A stretch of DNA of 64,000 bases from an uncultured Methanomicrobiales archaeon (lineage in GTDB: Archaea; Halobacteriota; Methanomicrobia; Methanomicrobiales; Methanospirillaceae), in assembly GCA_963758915.1 (NCBI GenBank), contig CAVWXH010000009.1, positions 237,712 through 301,711 on the forward strand. Reading direction: 5' to 3'. The stretch's first letter is position 1. Each line of letters begins with the position of its first letter. This document shows positions 39,663 to 51,278 of the stretch, piece by piece. The position numbers were made by a program, and so were the translations under genes. The notes under the pieces were generated by a model. It was not told the DNA's origin and ran no database searches. It saw only the letters and a list, made by a program, of their open reading frames with translations.

Positions 39663-42090
39663 TCAGTGGGAGTCATCTGTCTGTACCACTTTTAAGGTAA
39701 ATATCATGGCGGCACCTTGTGAAGGGTCATTTGCCACACGATCGTTCACCTTTATCTTTCCACCGTAGCGGTCAAGGAGCATCTTTACAATATACAGGCC
39801 CAATCCCTTTGTATTTCCCCGTGTGGAACCTTTAGACGAATTGATAAATAATTTCGGTTTTAATTGGTCCGGGATCCCCGGACCATTATCAGCAACCGTT
39901 ACCGTCACCATTTCCCCTGTTTGTTTTGCCTGGACCCATATCGTGACAAACGGGCCCCCGAATATCACCGAATTGCTGATAAGGTTGGCAAAGATTTCCG
40001 AAAGCAGGTCATCTGCCATGACCAGGATACCTGTTTTTTCATAACAGAGGGCAACACCCCTGTTTCTGAGCGTTTCAGTCCTTATTATGGCATCAAGGTC
40101 GACAGGGGCAAGTTTAGTCGTTTTTTCCCTGATACGCCTGATCAGTGTTACCTTGCGGATTATCTCGATACTCTCTTCTATCCCCTTCCTGGTAGTAATC
40201 GCGTATTCTTTTAGTTTCCCATTGAGCATCTCGGTAAGGATGTCAATATACCCGAACGAGCGGGTGTTTGCATCGTTGATATCATGGACAAGGATGTCGA
40301 GGTACAGGTTTGCTTCTTCATGGAGCCGTTTTAGTTCCGCGTGGAGTGTTGCCTCTTCAATTACCCTTCCGATTTTTTCCCCGAGCGCTTCAAGGATTGC
40401 TTTATCGGTTTCATCGAAGGTATTGCTGTGCATCCGCCCTACAAAAATGATGCCTGTAACCTTTGAATCTGTCCTGATCGGCACAGCAGCCGCAGATTTC
40501 AACCCGGTATCAACCAGGTCACTGAGCATGCCGGGCCCTTCAAAATAGAGCGCACGACGATGGAGCAACAGGGGTGCGAAATCTTCGTTATCTATCCTGA
40601 TCGAATGGAATTTTGTGGAAAGCAATTCACAAATGGGTTTACCGGTATTATACTGGCATTCAAATTCCCTCCTGTGGGAATCATACACGAATACCGCAGC
40701 GAGATCGAACCCAAGATGGTTCGAAAGGCGGTCCATGCTCTTCCGGAAAATGGTCTGGAATGGTTGTGTGGGCGAAATGATTGTAACGATATCATTAATG
40801 ACCGCATGCTGGTGTGCTTGTTGTTTAATCTCAGATTCGCGCAGTTTTCGTTCGGTAGTATCGATAATAAACCCCTCAAGTGCGAGAAGGTTATCTTCAC
40901 TATCAAAAACACCACAACCCTGCTCCCATACCCACTTTTCGGTACCATCGGCGCATAGTAATACGGTAGGTGAGTGTAAAGGGCCGTTTTTGCTCGATTG
41001 CCTTCTGAACGCTGCTCCAGACTTTTTCGCGGTCTTCCAGGTGAATGAGGCCTCCATAGAGACAGTTCCCTCCCGATAGATCCTCCGGGTTATATCCTGT
41101 CAGCAGGAAACAGCCATCGCTGACAAAATCCATCGGCCAGTCCGGCCGGTTCTGGCACCGGTATGCCATTCCAGGAAGATTAGATAGAAGGGTGGCGAGC
41201 ATTCTGCGGCTCTCCTCGAGTGCCTTCTCGGTTCTTTTCCGCTCGGAAATTTCTTCCTGGAGGTTCCTGGTGCGTTCGTCTACACGGTCTTCCAGTTCCT
41301 CGTTAAGGCGCTTTAATGCCTCTTCTGCCCGCTTTCTGATGGTAATGTCACGGGTAATCGAGAGGACTGCCGGCTGACCCTCATACTGGATAAGGCGGCT
41401 GGATAACTCAATCGGAATGAACGACCCGTCCCTGCGGATATGGACCCCCTCAAAAAAGAGGTGTTTTTCAATAAGAAGTTCCTTGATTTTTCCTTTCACC
41501 ATTGCCGCGTAGTCCGGGGATTCTATATCCATAAGGGACATCTGCAGCAGTTCATCACGTGAATACCCGAGCCGCTCAGTGGTAACCCGGTTTACTTCAA
41601 GAATCCGGGCATCAAGGTCGTGGATGATGATCCCATCGCTTGCGTTGTCAAAAAGTGTCCTGAATTTTTCTTCAGATAGTATCAGGGAGGCCTCTGTCTG
41701 TCGTTTTTCTTCCCTCAGCCGCTTTTCTTCGATTGCGTGGGCAACTGCAATGCCAAGACGGGCCATCCGGTCTTTCAGGAGGTAATCAGAGGCACCCTGC
41801 TTCATACACTCAATCGCAATTTCATCACCAATAGCCCCTGTAATTACGATAAACGGGATATCAAACCCTTTCTCCTGGAGAAGGCCCAGCGCAAGGAGCG
41901 CATCGAACTGGGGCATCGAGTAATCAGCCAGGATTACCTCAAGTGATGGATCCAGATGTGCAAGGAAATCCTCTCTCGTCTCCACGCGCCGAAAGATCGG
42001 GTCATAACCCACCTTTTTCAGCTCATGAAGCATCAGTTCGGCATCGGATGGCCGGTCTTCGAGGATCAGCATTCTCAGAGGGATTGACAT
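39663..42090 (-). CDS. Hybrid REC-PAS-PAS-GAF-histidine kinase (frameshift near 40955)
   Basis: REC (ILED...ADYSMP...GASDYLLK), PAS domains, GAF, LVHDIND, NLISNS, DNGPGI, GLGL. Confidence 0.85.
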
Positions 42091-42249
42091 GGCAGTGTAC
42101 CTGGTATGGAGATGGTGTATGGGCTGGTGGAATTCGGGATGACATGACGTGCAGTGCAGCATAACGGTCTGCGGCAGCCAGCCACTGTTTTACGTATGTG
42201 CCCCATCGGGGGCCTTTCCCTTGTGCGGGTCATTGTACCACATTCGGGA

Positions 42250-45054
42250 TCAGAGAGACCATGTTTCGTCACCGGTACCTCCGTCTATTGTAAAGAAAAA
42301 TGTTGCGCCCTTATCAGTTTCTGCCTCTGCCCATACATCCCCTCCATGACGGTGAATAATCCGCTGGACAATGGCAAGACCAAGACCAGTGCCTTCGTAT
42401 TCTTTAACTGGGTGAAGGCGCTGGAATACCACGAATAATTTTGGACGGTACCGCATATCAAACCCGATACCATTGTCCCGTACAAAGTAAATGTTATGGC
42501 CGTCTTTTCTAAAGGAGCCAACTTCTATCCGGGTTTCCTGGCATTTACGGGTAAATTTCAGGGCATTGGAGATAAGATTGATATAGACCAGCTTCAGCAT
42601 ATCCGGATCTGCCCTGCAGGGGGGGAGATCTTCAATCGCAATATCAACCACCCTTCCCGCCTTCTCACCCCGGAGTTCATCGAAGGCCTCGCGTGCAATA
42701 TCAGCCGGATGTACTGTAACAATATTTAGCGATTTCCGGCTCATATGGGAGAAATTGAGCAGGTTGTCAATAAGTGCCCTCATATGGGTTACATTTTCCC
42801 TGACAAGAATGAGATAGCGTTTTCCTTCATCGTGGAGTTCTCCGCTATAATCATCAAGCACGATACGCGAAAACCCGTCGATTGCACGAAGCGGAGCCCG
42901 AAGGTCATGTGACACCATATAACTGAATGATTCTAACTCTTTGTTTATTGCCTCAAGCTGGAATGTCCGGCTGGATACCCGGGCTTCCAGCTCCTCATTG
43001 AGTTGCTGGAGCTCTTCTTCAATCTGTTTCCGGACGGTAATATCACTGTGAATTCCGATGAGACCGATGATGTTCCCTTTATCGTCTGTGATTGCATCTG
43101 CACGCAATTCAACCGGGAAGCGGCGCCCGTTTTTGGCAACCATGGTTACTTCCCCCTTCCATGAATCCCCACTCATAATTGTTGTAAAGACATCATGTCC
43201 GATACCCGAATCTGCATACAGAATGGTGGGGCCCAACGCTGAATGCAGTTCTTCAACCTGGTACCCGAATAAGTCAGAAAATGCACGGTTCTGATAAATA
43301 TGATACCCGGCAGGGTTAGAAATCCCGATTGCATCGCTGGCGCTTTCTACCGCCTTAAGGATTCGGAATAGTTCATCCTCAGTTTGTTTACGGCCTGTGA
43401 TGTCCTGGCCGGCAGCATAGAAACGGACCAGTCTTCCTTCTTTTTCATCCCATTCCGGCTGAGTCCTGTGGTTAACCCAATGGATCTCGCCATTTCTGCT
43501 GATCACCCGGAATTCACTTTCATGGCTCTCGTTTGAAAATAATTTCCGGCGGTGCTCATCGAGAATTCCCCGGTCTTCCGGGTGAACGAAAGAACTCCAC
43601 CCCCCTGCTTTGAGAATTTCCTCTCTCGAAATTCCAATAATACTCCGGAACGCCCCGGTGGCCCATTCCGCAACAAACTTACCAGATGGTTCAACCCTCA
43701 TCGCATAGGCATAATCAGATATCAGGTCGGAAGTCATCCTGTAACGTTCTTCACTTATCTTAAGTGCTGATTCGACCTCATTTTGCTTCCTGATTGTCTC
43801 TTTCAGTGTTGTTACCATCTCATTAATGCTTTTTTCCAGCCTTTGGAACTCCTTTCCGGTTGAGCTGCGTATCTTGTGGTCTAACTCACCCTGTGCGATC
43901 CTGTCAACATCCTCAACGATTTCCCTGATTGGCCTGGTGAGATAGTTCGAGATCAGGAGCGCAGCTCCGAGACCTATCAGGAGCGCTGTGAGGGCAATTA
44001 CCAGTCTCGTCAGGAGGAGACGGTTCAATGCATCCTGGACCAGCTTATTGTTGTAGGTTAATTCAACAACCAGGCTTGGATCAGACCCGTAATCCGGATC
44101 TTTCAGGTCGATAAAAAGATATCTGATAGTATAGCCGGTCGAAGTATTGACATTTTTTATATCTTTGCGATTCTGTATAATTTTCTGGAATAAAACGGCC
44201 TCTTCAGGGTTTGAAATACCCGTGTAATTTCCTATCTGCTGTCCCTTTGAATTAAAGATCCTGATATTTTCAATGTACGGATTGTTCTCGGCAATCCTGT
44301 TGATAGCATCCCGGTATTGAAGACTGCCACGTTCCTTATCAAGTTCTTCCCCGGTCAATCCCAGTTCAAGGATATAGCGGTGGTCAGGGGTGGGTACATA
44401 TGCAAATTTTCTTAATTTCCCCGTAGCAGTTTCGCGCACTACACGATCGGGAAAGAAGCCCTCTGAAAGCCTGATCTTGCTGAGGTACTGAAAAAAGTAT
44501 GGAGCCGTCCCGAAATCAAGACCGATTTCCGGTTTATAGGTTGAATACTGGATGACCCCTGACTCATTGATAATATAAAGGTCTGTATTTTCGCCTATCT
44601 CCCGTTTGACCTTTTCGAGGTCCATTTTTTCAGGGTCCATTCCCGATCGGTTGTATTCCTCAAGAAATATCCTGAAATCTTCCTTCATCTGGCGGTTCAG
44701 GGTATTATCATAGAGCTTGAACCCCGAGTCGACCAGATAAAGGGACTCTTTGAGGTCCGCCTCTGTCTGGAACTGGACAATATTCGAATTTTGTTCAAAC
44801 GCGGTCTGTTCATTGAGATAATCAATGACGGTTATGCTGGTGACTATACTGATAATGAGAATAACCATGACAACCAGCAGGTAACGTGAGAAAGACCTTG
44901 TTTTAAGGAATTCACGAATTCTTGGCAGCACCTTTACGGACCCCCTGTTAGCACTGATGGTTATAATGCAGCGGTTATGTATTGAATCTGGGGCGGCACC
45001 CCTGAAAATTTTTGTTATATCGATTTCCAATGAAAATCCCATCGACAATTTCAT
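42250..45054 (-). CDS. Membrane sensor histidine kinase (extracellular domain, HAMP, 2 PAS); true start probably near 44930
   Basis: Two TM helices, HAMP (TRPIREI), SHDLRAPLR, NLISNALKF, DNGIGF, GTGLGL. Confidence 0.9.
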   Translation of the reverse strand: MKLSMGFSLEIDITKIFRGAAPDSIHNRCIITISANRGSVKVLPRIREFLKTRSFSRYLLVVMVILIISIVTSITVIDYLNEQTAFEQNSNIVQFQTEADLKESLYLVDSGFKLYDNTLNRQMKEDFRIFLEEYNRSGMDPEKMDLEKVKREIGENTDLYIINESGVIQYSTYKPEIGLDFGTAPYFFQYLSKIRLSEGFFPDRVVRETATGKLRKFAYVPTPDHRYILELGLTGEELDKERGSLQYRDAINRIAENNPYIENIRIFNSKGQQIGNYTGISNPEEAVLFQKIIQNRKDIKNVNTSTGYTIRYLFIDLKDPDYGSDPSLVVELTYNNKLVQDALNRLLLTRLVIALTALLIGLGAALLISNYLTRPIREIVEDVDRIAQGELDHKIRSSTGKEFQRLEKSINEMVTTLKETIRKQNEVESALKISEERYRMTSDLISDYAYAMRVEPSGKFVAEWATGAFRSIIGISREEILKAGGWSSFVHPEDRGILDEHRRKLFSNESHESEFRVISRNGEIHWVNHRTQPEWDEKEGRLVRFYAAGQDITGRKQTEDELFRILKAVESASDAIGISNPAGYHIYQNRAFSDLFGYQVEELHSALGPTILYADSGIGHDVFTTIMSGDSWKGEVTMVAKNGRRFPVELRADAITDDKGNIIGLIGIHSDITVRKQIEEELQQLNEELEARVSSRTFQLEAINKELESFSYMVSHDLRAPLRAIDGFSRIVLDDYSGELHDEGKRYLILVRENVTHMRALIDNLLNFSHMSRKSLNIVTVHPADIAREAFDELRGEKAGRVVDIAIEDLPPCRADPDMLKLVYINLISNALKFTRKCQETRIEVGSFRKDGHNIYFVRDNGIGFDMRYRPKLFVVFQRLHPVKEYEGTGLGLAIVQRIIHRHGGDVWAEAETDKGATFFFTIDGGTGDETWSL

Positions 45055-45309
45055 TGTTTATGCCCGACAGCGGGGCGGTCATAGGCGGTTGTCATGAAAA
45101 CGGGCATGATGCCGGAAGACCACACGCATATACAGGATGAAAATTGAATACCCCCCCGGGGGTCATTTTTATATTAAATTTTGAATCCAACAACGCGACG
45201 GGTGTGAAAAGTAGGCCTTTCAAATTTTAATCTCTTTGGTGCGAGGCCCTTCTGCTTTATGAGGGTTTTTAAGAGAAAAACCAGTGTGAGGATCCGGGGA
45301 GAGGAATAT

Positions 45310-46220
45310 TCATTCTTCCTTACGCCTTCTGAAGAGTATTGACCCTGACCCTGCAATCGCTATTGCAACAAGCAGTAATGGAAATTGCAATGGAGATTTC
45401 GTTGTACCCGGAACCCGTGACCCGGGTGGGATCGTCGTAGTCAGGTCTGTTCCGGGTAAAATCCCCCGAGGAATATCCTGGCCTGAATTCAATCCTGCAG
45501 TCTCATTCTGGTAAGCGACAGATTGATTTGCCCTGACTGCCCCACTGGCGAGTCTGTTTAGCAATCGACCGGTTTAACTGGATATCAGACCGCTTTGGGT
45601 TGATTGCAATTGCCCGGTCATAGCTTGCAATCGCTTCCGGGTATTTACCGGCATTCATCAACGCATCCCCCCTCTGTGCTGCTGCAGATTCATCTGACGG
45701 GTCAAGGAGGAGCACCTGGGTATACGCGATTACTGCCTCATCATAGCGTCCCATTGCGGACAAAACCTTCCCCCTGGTCATCCATGCCCGGACAGAGTAC
45801 GGGTCAATGGACAGGGACTTGTTCAGCATGCTCAGCGATTGGTTCATATCACCTTCGCGGAAATAGTCAGAACCCTTTACGGCAAGCAACAGAGCAGAAT
45901 CTGATGAACTTTCTGAACCGCTTACACCTCCGGTGGAACTGCCACCTGATGACCCGGAGTCGGATGCTGAATTCCCTGTTCCAGAGCTGCCACCTGATTC
46001 GGAATGCTCTGCGCCCGCGCCATCCGGTGTTGACCCCCCATTGGAGCTGGCAGGGGTATCGGGCCCGCTAAACCCCGGACTGTTCCATCCATAATCAGGG
46101 GGACTTGTATCAAAACCACCGCATCCACAATCGTCACCATTACAGATTCCAATAAGGAAAAGACACACTATCATCCCGGTTACAACAGCAATACCTGCCC
46201 CCTGAAAATTGATACTTCAT
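45310..46220 (-). CDS. Secreted TPR protein with Gly/Ser linker and C-terminal sorting signal (frameshifts near 46200 and 45560)
   Basis: GGAGG then ATG 46220. TPR repeats (AW..RG..L..MGRYDEA...Y). Tail KSPL + TM + RRRK. Confidence 0.7.
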
Positions 46221-47012
46221 TCCTCCTGCAATAATACGGTGTTCTTCTACCCGCATATAGATATTCAGACATTGGACACCAGGGTGCCCGGCTTATTACA
46301 TATCGGGGTAGGAACGCTCGTTGTAAACCAATATGCAATCGGGAACAGAAACACCATTGGTTGACTTTATTGTGGCAGGAGAGGGCGGATTTTAGTTTGA
46401 TCGCGGAATAAGCTGATAAATTCGTGTATTTTATAATTTTACCTGATGAAAACCTGACATTTATCAGACCCATGTCGTACATGTGTCAGATAAAATGCGA
46501 TACCTTTTTAACAAGAATGTGATATCACAATTAGGTGTACCGATCAACCGCCCCCGCAATAGGTTGCCTGTGATATCGTCTCTATTGACGCCACCTTGAT
46601 CTTTAGGCGATATTCAGGCAGGCGTCGCCTGCGGAACCGGTGCACCTTAGTTTTTTGTTAAATCTCCTTGTATATAAAGTATATTGGTCATGGGCGTATA
46701 ATTCATCCCGCATTTTCAATTTCATATGAAGTCTTACCTTTATTTTCGAAAATAGTCCCCACAATGATGGGAATTACATATATGACCAATACGGGATTAT
46801 TTTACAAATTAAATCGTTAATTATGCTTATATTCAAGGTTCGTGCCTTCTGCAAAGTCTGTCGTGGAAGATCCGTGCGAATCTATCTCTCTGATACAAAT
46901 CCGTTAGGAGCGCATCAGCAAACGGAAAAGTAGACCGAAAACATACGACCCGCCGCAGTCTGAAAAATGAGAGACTCGTACCTCTTCTTCGAAGAAACAC
47001 CGAATATGAAAA

Positions 47013-47086
47013 TGGGCTCGAGGAGATTCGAACTCCTGACCTCCGCCATGTCAAGGCGACGTCATAGCCAGCTAGACCACGAGCCC
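47013..47086 (-). tRNA. tRNA-Val(GAC)
   Basis: GGGCTCG...CGAGCCCA acceptor, anticodon arm CGCC-TTGACAT-GGCG, TTCGAAT T-loop. Confidence 0.97.
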
Positions 47087-47248
47087 TCAAAAATTGGCAA
47101 ATGCTTCTTTAATTTGGATCATCCTAATATTAAAAAATTGGCTTTTTAATGCAGTTTCTTCCATTGGCGGTATACACATTGTATCCTGAAACGGTTTATT
47201 TTCCGGATAATCCCGGGGCTGATTGCCGGTTTTTTCAAAAAATATAAA

Positions 47249-48850
47249 TTATATCCAGTTATCAGACAATTTCGCAAAGCGGCCTGTAAAAATCCCGACC
47301 TTCGCACGGATCTCGTCCATGATTTCGGGAGGTACCTCGCTGTCAACATTCAAAACCATGATAGCCTCCTGGCCAGGGTTGATACGTCCCACCTGCATAC
47401 CCGCAATATTGATATTCGCCTGCCCAAGTATGGTGGATGCCCTTCCGATAACACCGGGCTTGTCAAGGTGACGCGATACGATGACATATCCTTCAGGGAT
47501 CATATCCATGGTGTAACCTCCAATCGCTACGATCCTGCTCCGCCCCTTGAAGAAAACGGTCCCGCTGACCGATTCCTCACCCTTGTCGGTAAGGACCCGG
47601 ATAGTAATCAGGTTTTTAAACCCTTGTGCATCCGCAGTTATAGTCTCACTTACCTTTATACCTCGTTCACTTGCGATATACTCGGCATTGACCATGTTGA
47701 CCGGGACCTGCAGGATCGGGTCAAGCAGACCCTTGAGCGCCACCCTCGTGATGAATTTTGTATTATAGGTGCTCTGGGAGAGCTCCCCGCCGTAGATTAT
47801 CTCCACCTTTTCAAGTCTTCCTTCAACGAGCTGGATTAAAAACCGGCCAATTCTCTCGGCAAGACGGGCGAACGGTTCAACAACATCCTGCTGGTCGGCC
47901 GGTACGAGGGGAGCATTGACCACATATTTTGCTGAGCCCCCCTCAAGGACAGAAATACATTGCTTCGCAATTGAAACTGCGACGTTTGTCTGTGCTTCAA
48001 CTGTGCTCGCCCCGAGGTGTGGTGTAACAATTACCTGGTCAAGCTCGAGAAGGGGTGATTGAAAAGGCGGCTCTTCTTCAAACACATCAAGAGCCGCACC
48101 AGCGACCTTTCCTGACTTGATCGCATCATACAGTGCTTTTTCATCAATAATACCACCGCGGGCACAATTGATGATCCTTACCCCGTCCTTCATGGTGGCG
48201 ATGCTCTTTGCATTGATGAGGTGCCGGGTCTCTTTTATCAGCGGGGTGTGGACTGTGATCACATCGGATACCCGGAAGAGCTCTTCAACCGACATAGAAT
48301 CTACACCAAACTGGGCAGCTTTCTCCTTGCCGATGAACGGGTCATAACCAACAATATGCATACCAAGTGCGGTCGCTCTTTTTGTGACTTCGCGACCGAT
48401 CCTCCCTAGTCCCAGGATCCCAAGGGTTTTTTCATTCAGTTCGACCCCCATGAACCTGGAGCGTTTCCATTCCTTTTTTTTCAGCGACGCGGTCGCCTGT
48501 GGAATATTTCTGGCAAGGGAAAGCATCATGGCCATGGTGTGTTCTGTTGCTGCCAGCGTATTGCCTTCAGGGGCATTTGCAACAATAATTCCCTTCCGGG
48601 TAGCAGCATCCATATCGATATTGTCGACCCCGGCTCCCGCACGCCCGATAAACCGTAAGTTTTTCCCGGCTTCGATAACTTTTGCGGTGACTTCAGTCCC
48701 GCTTCTGACGAGAAGGGCATCGTAATTCCCGATAATTGAAATAAGCTGATCTTCTTTCAGATCGGTCTTTTCATCCACCTCAAATTGTGTTCTGAGTATG
48801 GCGAGACCCTCTTCTGCAAGTGGATCGCTGACGAGTACTTTATAGCTCAA
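47249..48850 (-). CDS. serA: D-3-phosphoglycerate dehydrogenase
   Basis: GRAGAGVDNID, GLGRIG, INCARG, TPHLGAST.EAQ, C-terminal ACT domain (DKPGVIG). Confidence 0.96.
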   Translation of the reverse strand: MSYKVLVSDPLAEEGLAILRTQFEVDEKTDLKEDQLISIIGNYDALLVRSGTEVTAKVIEAGKNLRFIGRAGAGVDNIDMDAATRKGIIVANAPEGNTLAATEHTMAMMLSLARNIPQATASLKKKEWKRSRFMGVELNEKTLGILGLGRIGREVTKRATALGMHIVGYDPFIGKEKAAQFGVDSMSVEELFRVSDVITVHTPLIKETRHLINAKSIATMKDGVRIINCARGGIIDEKALYDAIKSGKVAGAALDVFEEEPPFQSPLLELDQVIVTPHLGASTVEAQTNVAVSIAKQCISVLEGGSAKYVVNAPLVPADQQDVVEPFARLAERIGRFLIQLVEGRLEKVEIIYGGELSQSTYNTKFITRVALKGLLDPILQVPVNMVNAEYIASERGIKVSETITADAQGFKNLITIRVLTDKGEESVSGTVFFKGRSRIVAIGGYTMDMIPEGYVIVSRHLDKPGVIGRASTILGQANINIAGMQVGRINPGQEAIMVLNVDSEVPPEIMDEIRAKVGIFTGRFAKLSDNWI

Positions 48851-49001
48851 TTTTAAAACCCATATCATATCAGCACTGTACTATTCAATGGTTTTCAAAT
48901 CAGGAGCAGTGGTACTCAAGGTTAATCCGAAAAAAAAACCCGGGTTATTCGGGATGCACAATTATTTACTGGAGGAACAACGAGACTATAGTGGTGCGTG
49001 C

Positions 49002-51278
49002 ATGAAGGAATTACCGGATATTCTATGGCTTGAAGAGATCAGGAAGGAGGATATTGCCGCTGTGGGCGGTAAGGGGGCCTCACTCGGAGAGATGGCAGTA
49101 ATCGGGCTGCCGGTCCCGCGGGCGTTCGTAGTAACGAGCCATGCATTCCGCAGGTTCCTCGTCGAGACAGGGCTTGAAAAAACAATTTTTAAGAATTTCG
49201 AGAACCTGGATGTCGAGAATAATGCTGCCCTTGAAAAGGCTGCGGAAAAAGCGAAAGAGGAGGTCCTCAGGGCACCTATGCCCCAGTCCATGATCCAGCA
49301 TATCATGGAGGCCTACCAGAAGATGGACGCCGGAGAGATGATCGTGGCTGTCCGTTCAAGTGCCACGGCAGAGGACCTGCCTGATGCCAGTTTCGCAGGT
49401 CAACAGGAGACCTACCTGAATATCAAGGGAAACCAAAACCTCCTCAAGGCAGTTCAGATGTGCTGGGCTTCGCTCTACGGAGCCAGGGCAATTTATTACC
49501 GTGCAAAACAGGGGTTCGACGATAATTCTGTGAATATTGCAGTCGTCGTCCAGCAGCTCATTAATTCTGAGAAGGCCGGTGTAATGTTCACAACCCACCC
49601 GGTAACAGGGGAGCCGCTGAGCATCATTGAAGGTTCATGGGGTCTTGGCGAGTCAGTCGTTTCGGGATCGGTATCCCCGGATAAGTACATATTTGACCAG
49701 CGTTCTGAGAAGGTTGTTGACCGCCTGATTGCGAATAAGAAGATCGAGATAATCGCTGAGGGGACACATGGCACGAAGGTGGTGCCGGTAACTCCGGACA
49801 GGCAGGACGCGCAGGTCCTCTCCGACGAGGAAGTCGCCAGACTCGCTTTGTTTGGAAAAATTGCCGAAAACCATTACGGTATCCCCCAGGACATTGAATG
49901 GGCAATAGTCAGGAGTACCTTTTATATCCTCCAGTCCCGCCCGATTACCACGATAAAACCTAAGGGTACGCCTTCCGCAGCCGGCAGGACAGAGTCAGGT
50001 AGTACAATAATTCTTAAGGGCCAGGGGGCCTCACCCGGGATCGCATCCGGGAAAGTGGTTATCGTACGCGATGCAAAGGATACCAGTGCAGTCCGGGAAG
50101 GGGATATCATGGTCACAAAGATGACCAATCCTGATATGGTACCGGCAATGAAAAAAGTGGCCGCCATTGTCACCGATGAAGGTGGTATGACCTGCCATGC
50201 GGCAATCGTAAGCCGGGAACTTGGGACACCTGCAATTGTCGGTACTAAAAACGGGACCCTGACACTGAAACCCGGACAGATGGTTACCGTGGACGGCGAG
50301 AAAGGTTTTGTCTACGAAGGTGCAGTCGAAGTCCCGCAGCCACAGGCACAGGTACAGGTCACTGCAGTCCAGGCACCGATTATCACTGCCACTTCAGTAA
50401 AAGTCAATGTCTCTATTCCGGAAGCAGCTGCCCGTGCAGCTGCCACAGGGGCTGACGGGGTGGGACTACTCAGGATCGAGCACCTGATCCTTGGCCTTAA
50501 CAAGACACCGGGATGGTTTATCGCCAATCATAAAGAAGAAGAGTTCGTCAGGGAACTCTACAACGGCATAAAAATTGTCCTTGACGCATTTTACGGGAAG
50601 TCAGTCTGGGTAAGGACGCTTGATGCCCCTACGGATGAGTTCCGGAACATGGCCGGAGGGGAGAATGAACCGATCGAGCACAACCCGATGCTTGGCTGGA
50701 GAGGTATCCGGCGCGACCTCCAGAGTAAAGACCAGTTCCGTTTACAGGTTGAAGCATTCAAACGACTCTGGGAGCAGGGATATAGTAACCTGGGAGTCAT
50801 GTTCCCGATGGTCTCCCACCCGGACCAGTTTATCGCAGCAAAATCAATGATGAGAGAATGGGGGGTCGATGTTGACCATGTCACCCTTGGGATCATGATC
50901 GAGATCCCGGGAAGTGCAATCCTGATTGAAGAGTTCATCGAAGCAGGGATTAACTTTGCATCCTTTGGTACAAATGACCTTGTCCAGTACACGCTTGCGA
51001 TTGATCGGAATAACGAGAACGTCGCCTGGATGTATGACCCGAAACATCCGGCAGTGCTCCGGCTCATCCATGACGCAATTGAAGTCTGCCGTGAGTATGA
51101 TGTTGAATGCTCAATTTGCGGACAGGCGGGTTCTGAACCACCAATGGTACAATGGCTTGTGGAGCATGGTATCAGCAGCGTATCCGCAAATATTGACGCT
51201 GTTGCAAAAATCCGTGAGACGGTAGCACGTACAGAAAGAAAAATAATCCTCGAAAACGCGAGAAGCCGTAATGCATAA
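49002..51278 (+). CDS. ppsA: Phosphoenolpyruvate synthase
   Basis: VGGKGASLGEM, VRSSATAED...SFAGQQET, GGMTCHAAIVSRE, SFGTNDL, SICGQA. Confidence 0.97.
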   Translation: MKELPDILWLEEIRKEDIAAVGGKGASLGEMAVIGLPVPRAFVVTSHAFRRFLVETGLEKTIFKNFENLDVENNAALEKAAEKAKEEVLRAPMPQSMIQHIMEAYQKMDAGEMIVAVRSSATAEDLPDASFAGQQETYLNIKGNQNLLKAVQMCWASLYGARAIYYRAKQGFDDNSVNIAVVVQQLINSEKAGVMFTTHPVTGEPLSIIEGSWGLGESVVSGSVSPDKYIFDQRSEKVVDRLIANKKIEIIAEGTHGTKVVPVTPDRQDAQVLSDEEVARLALFGKIAENHYGIPQDIEWAIVRSTFYILQSRPITTIKPKGTPSAAGRTESGSTIILKGQGASPGIASGKVVIVRDAKDTSAVREGDIMVTKMTNPDMVPAMKKVAAIVTDEGGMTCHAAIVSRELGTPAIVGTKNGTLTLKPGQMVTVDGEKGFVYEGAVEVPQPQAQVQVTAVQAPIITATSVKVNVSIPEAAARAAATGADGVGLLRIEHLILGLNKTPGWFIANHKEEEFVRELYNGIKIVLDAFYGKSVWVRTLDAPTDEFRNMAGGENEPIEHNPMLGWRGIRRDLQSKDQFRLQVEAFKRLWEQGYSNLGVMFPMVSHPDQFIAAKSMMREWGVDVDHVTLGIMIEIPGSAILIEEFIEAGINFASFGTNDLVQYTLAIDRNNENVAWMYDPKHPAVLRLIHDAIEVCREYDVECSICGQAGSEPPMVQWLVEHGISSVSANIDAVAKIRETVARTERKIILENARSRNA

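Noticed and set aside
46180-47012. Integrated element at the tRNA-Val 3' end, or ORF 46180..46482 as a gene
   Set aside because: No integrase or duplicated tRNA end was found, and the ORF has no recognisable features and overlaps the TPR gene start.
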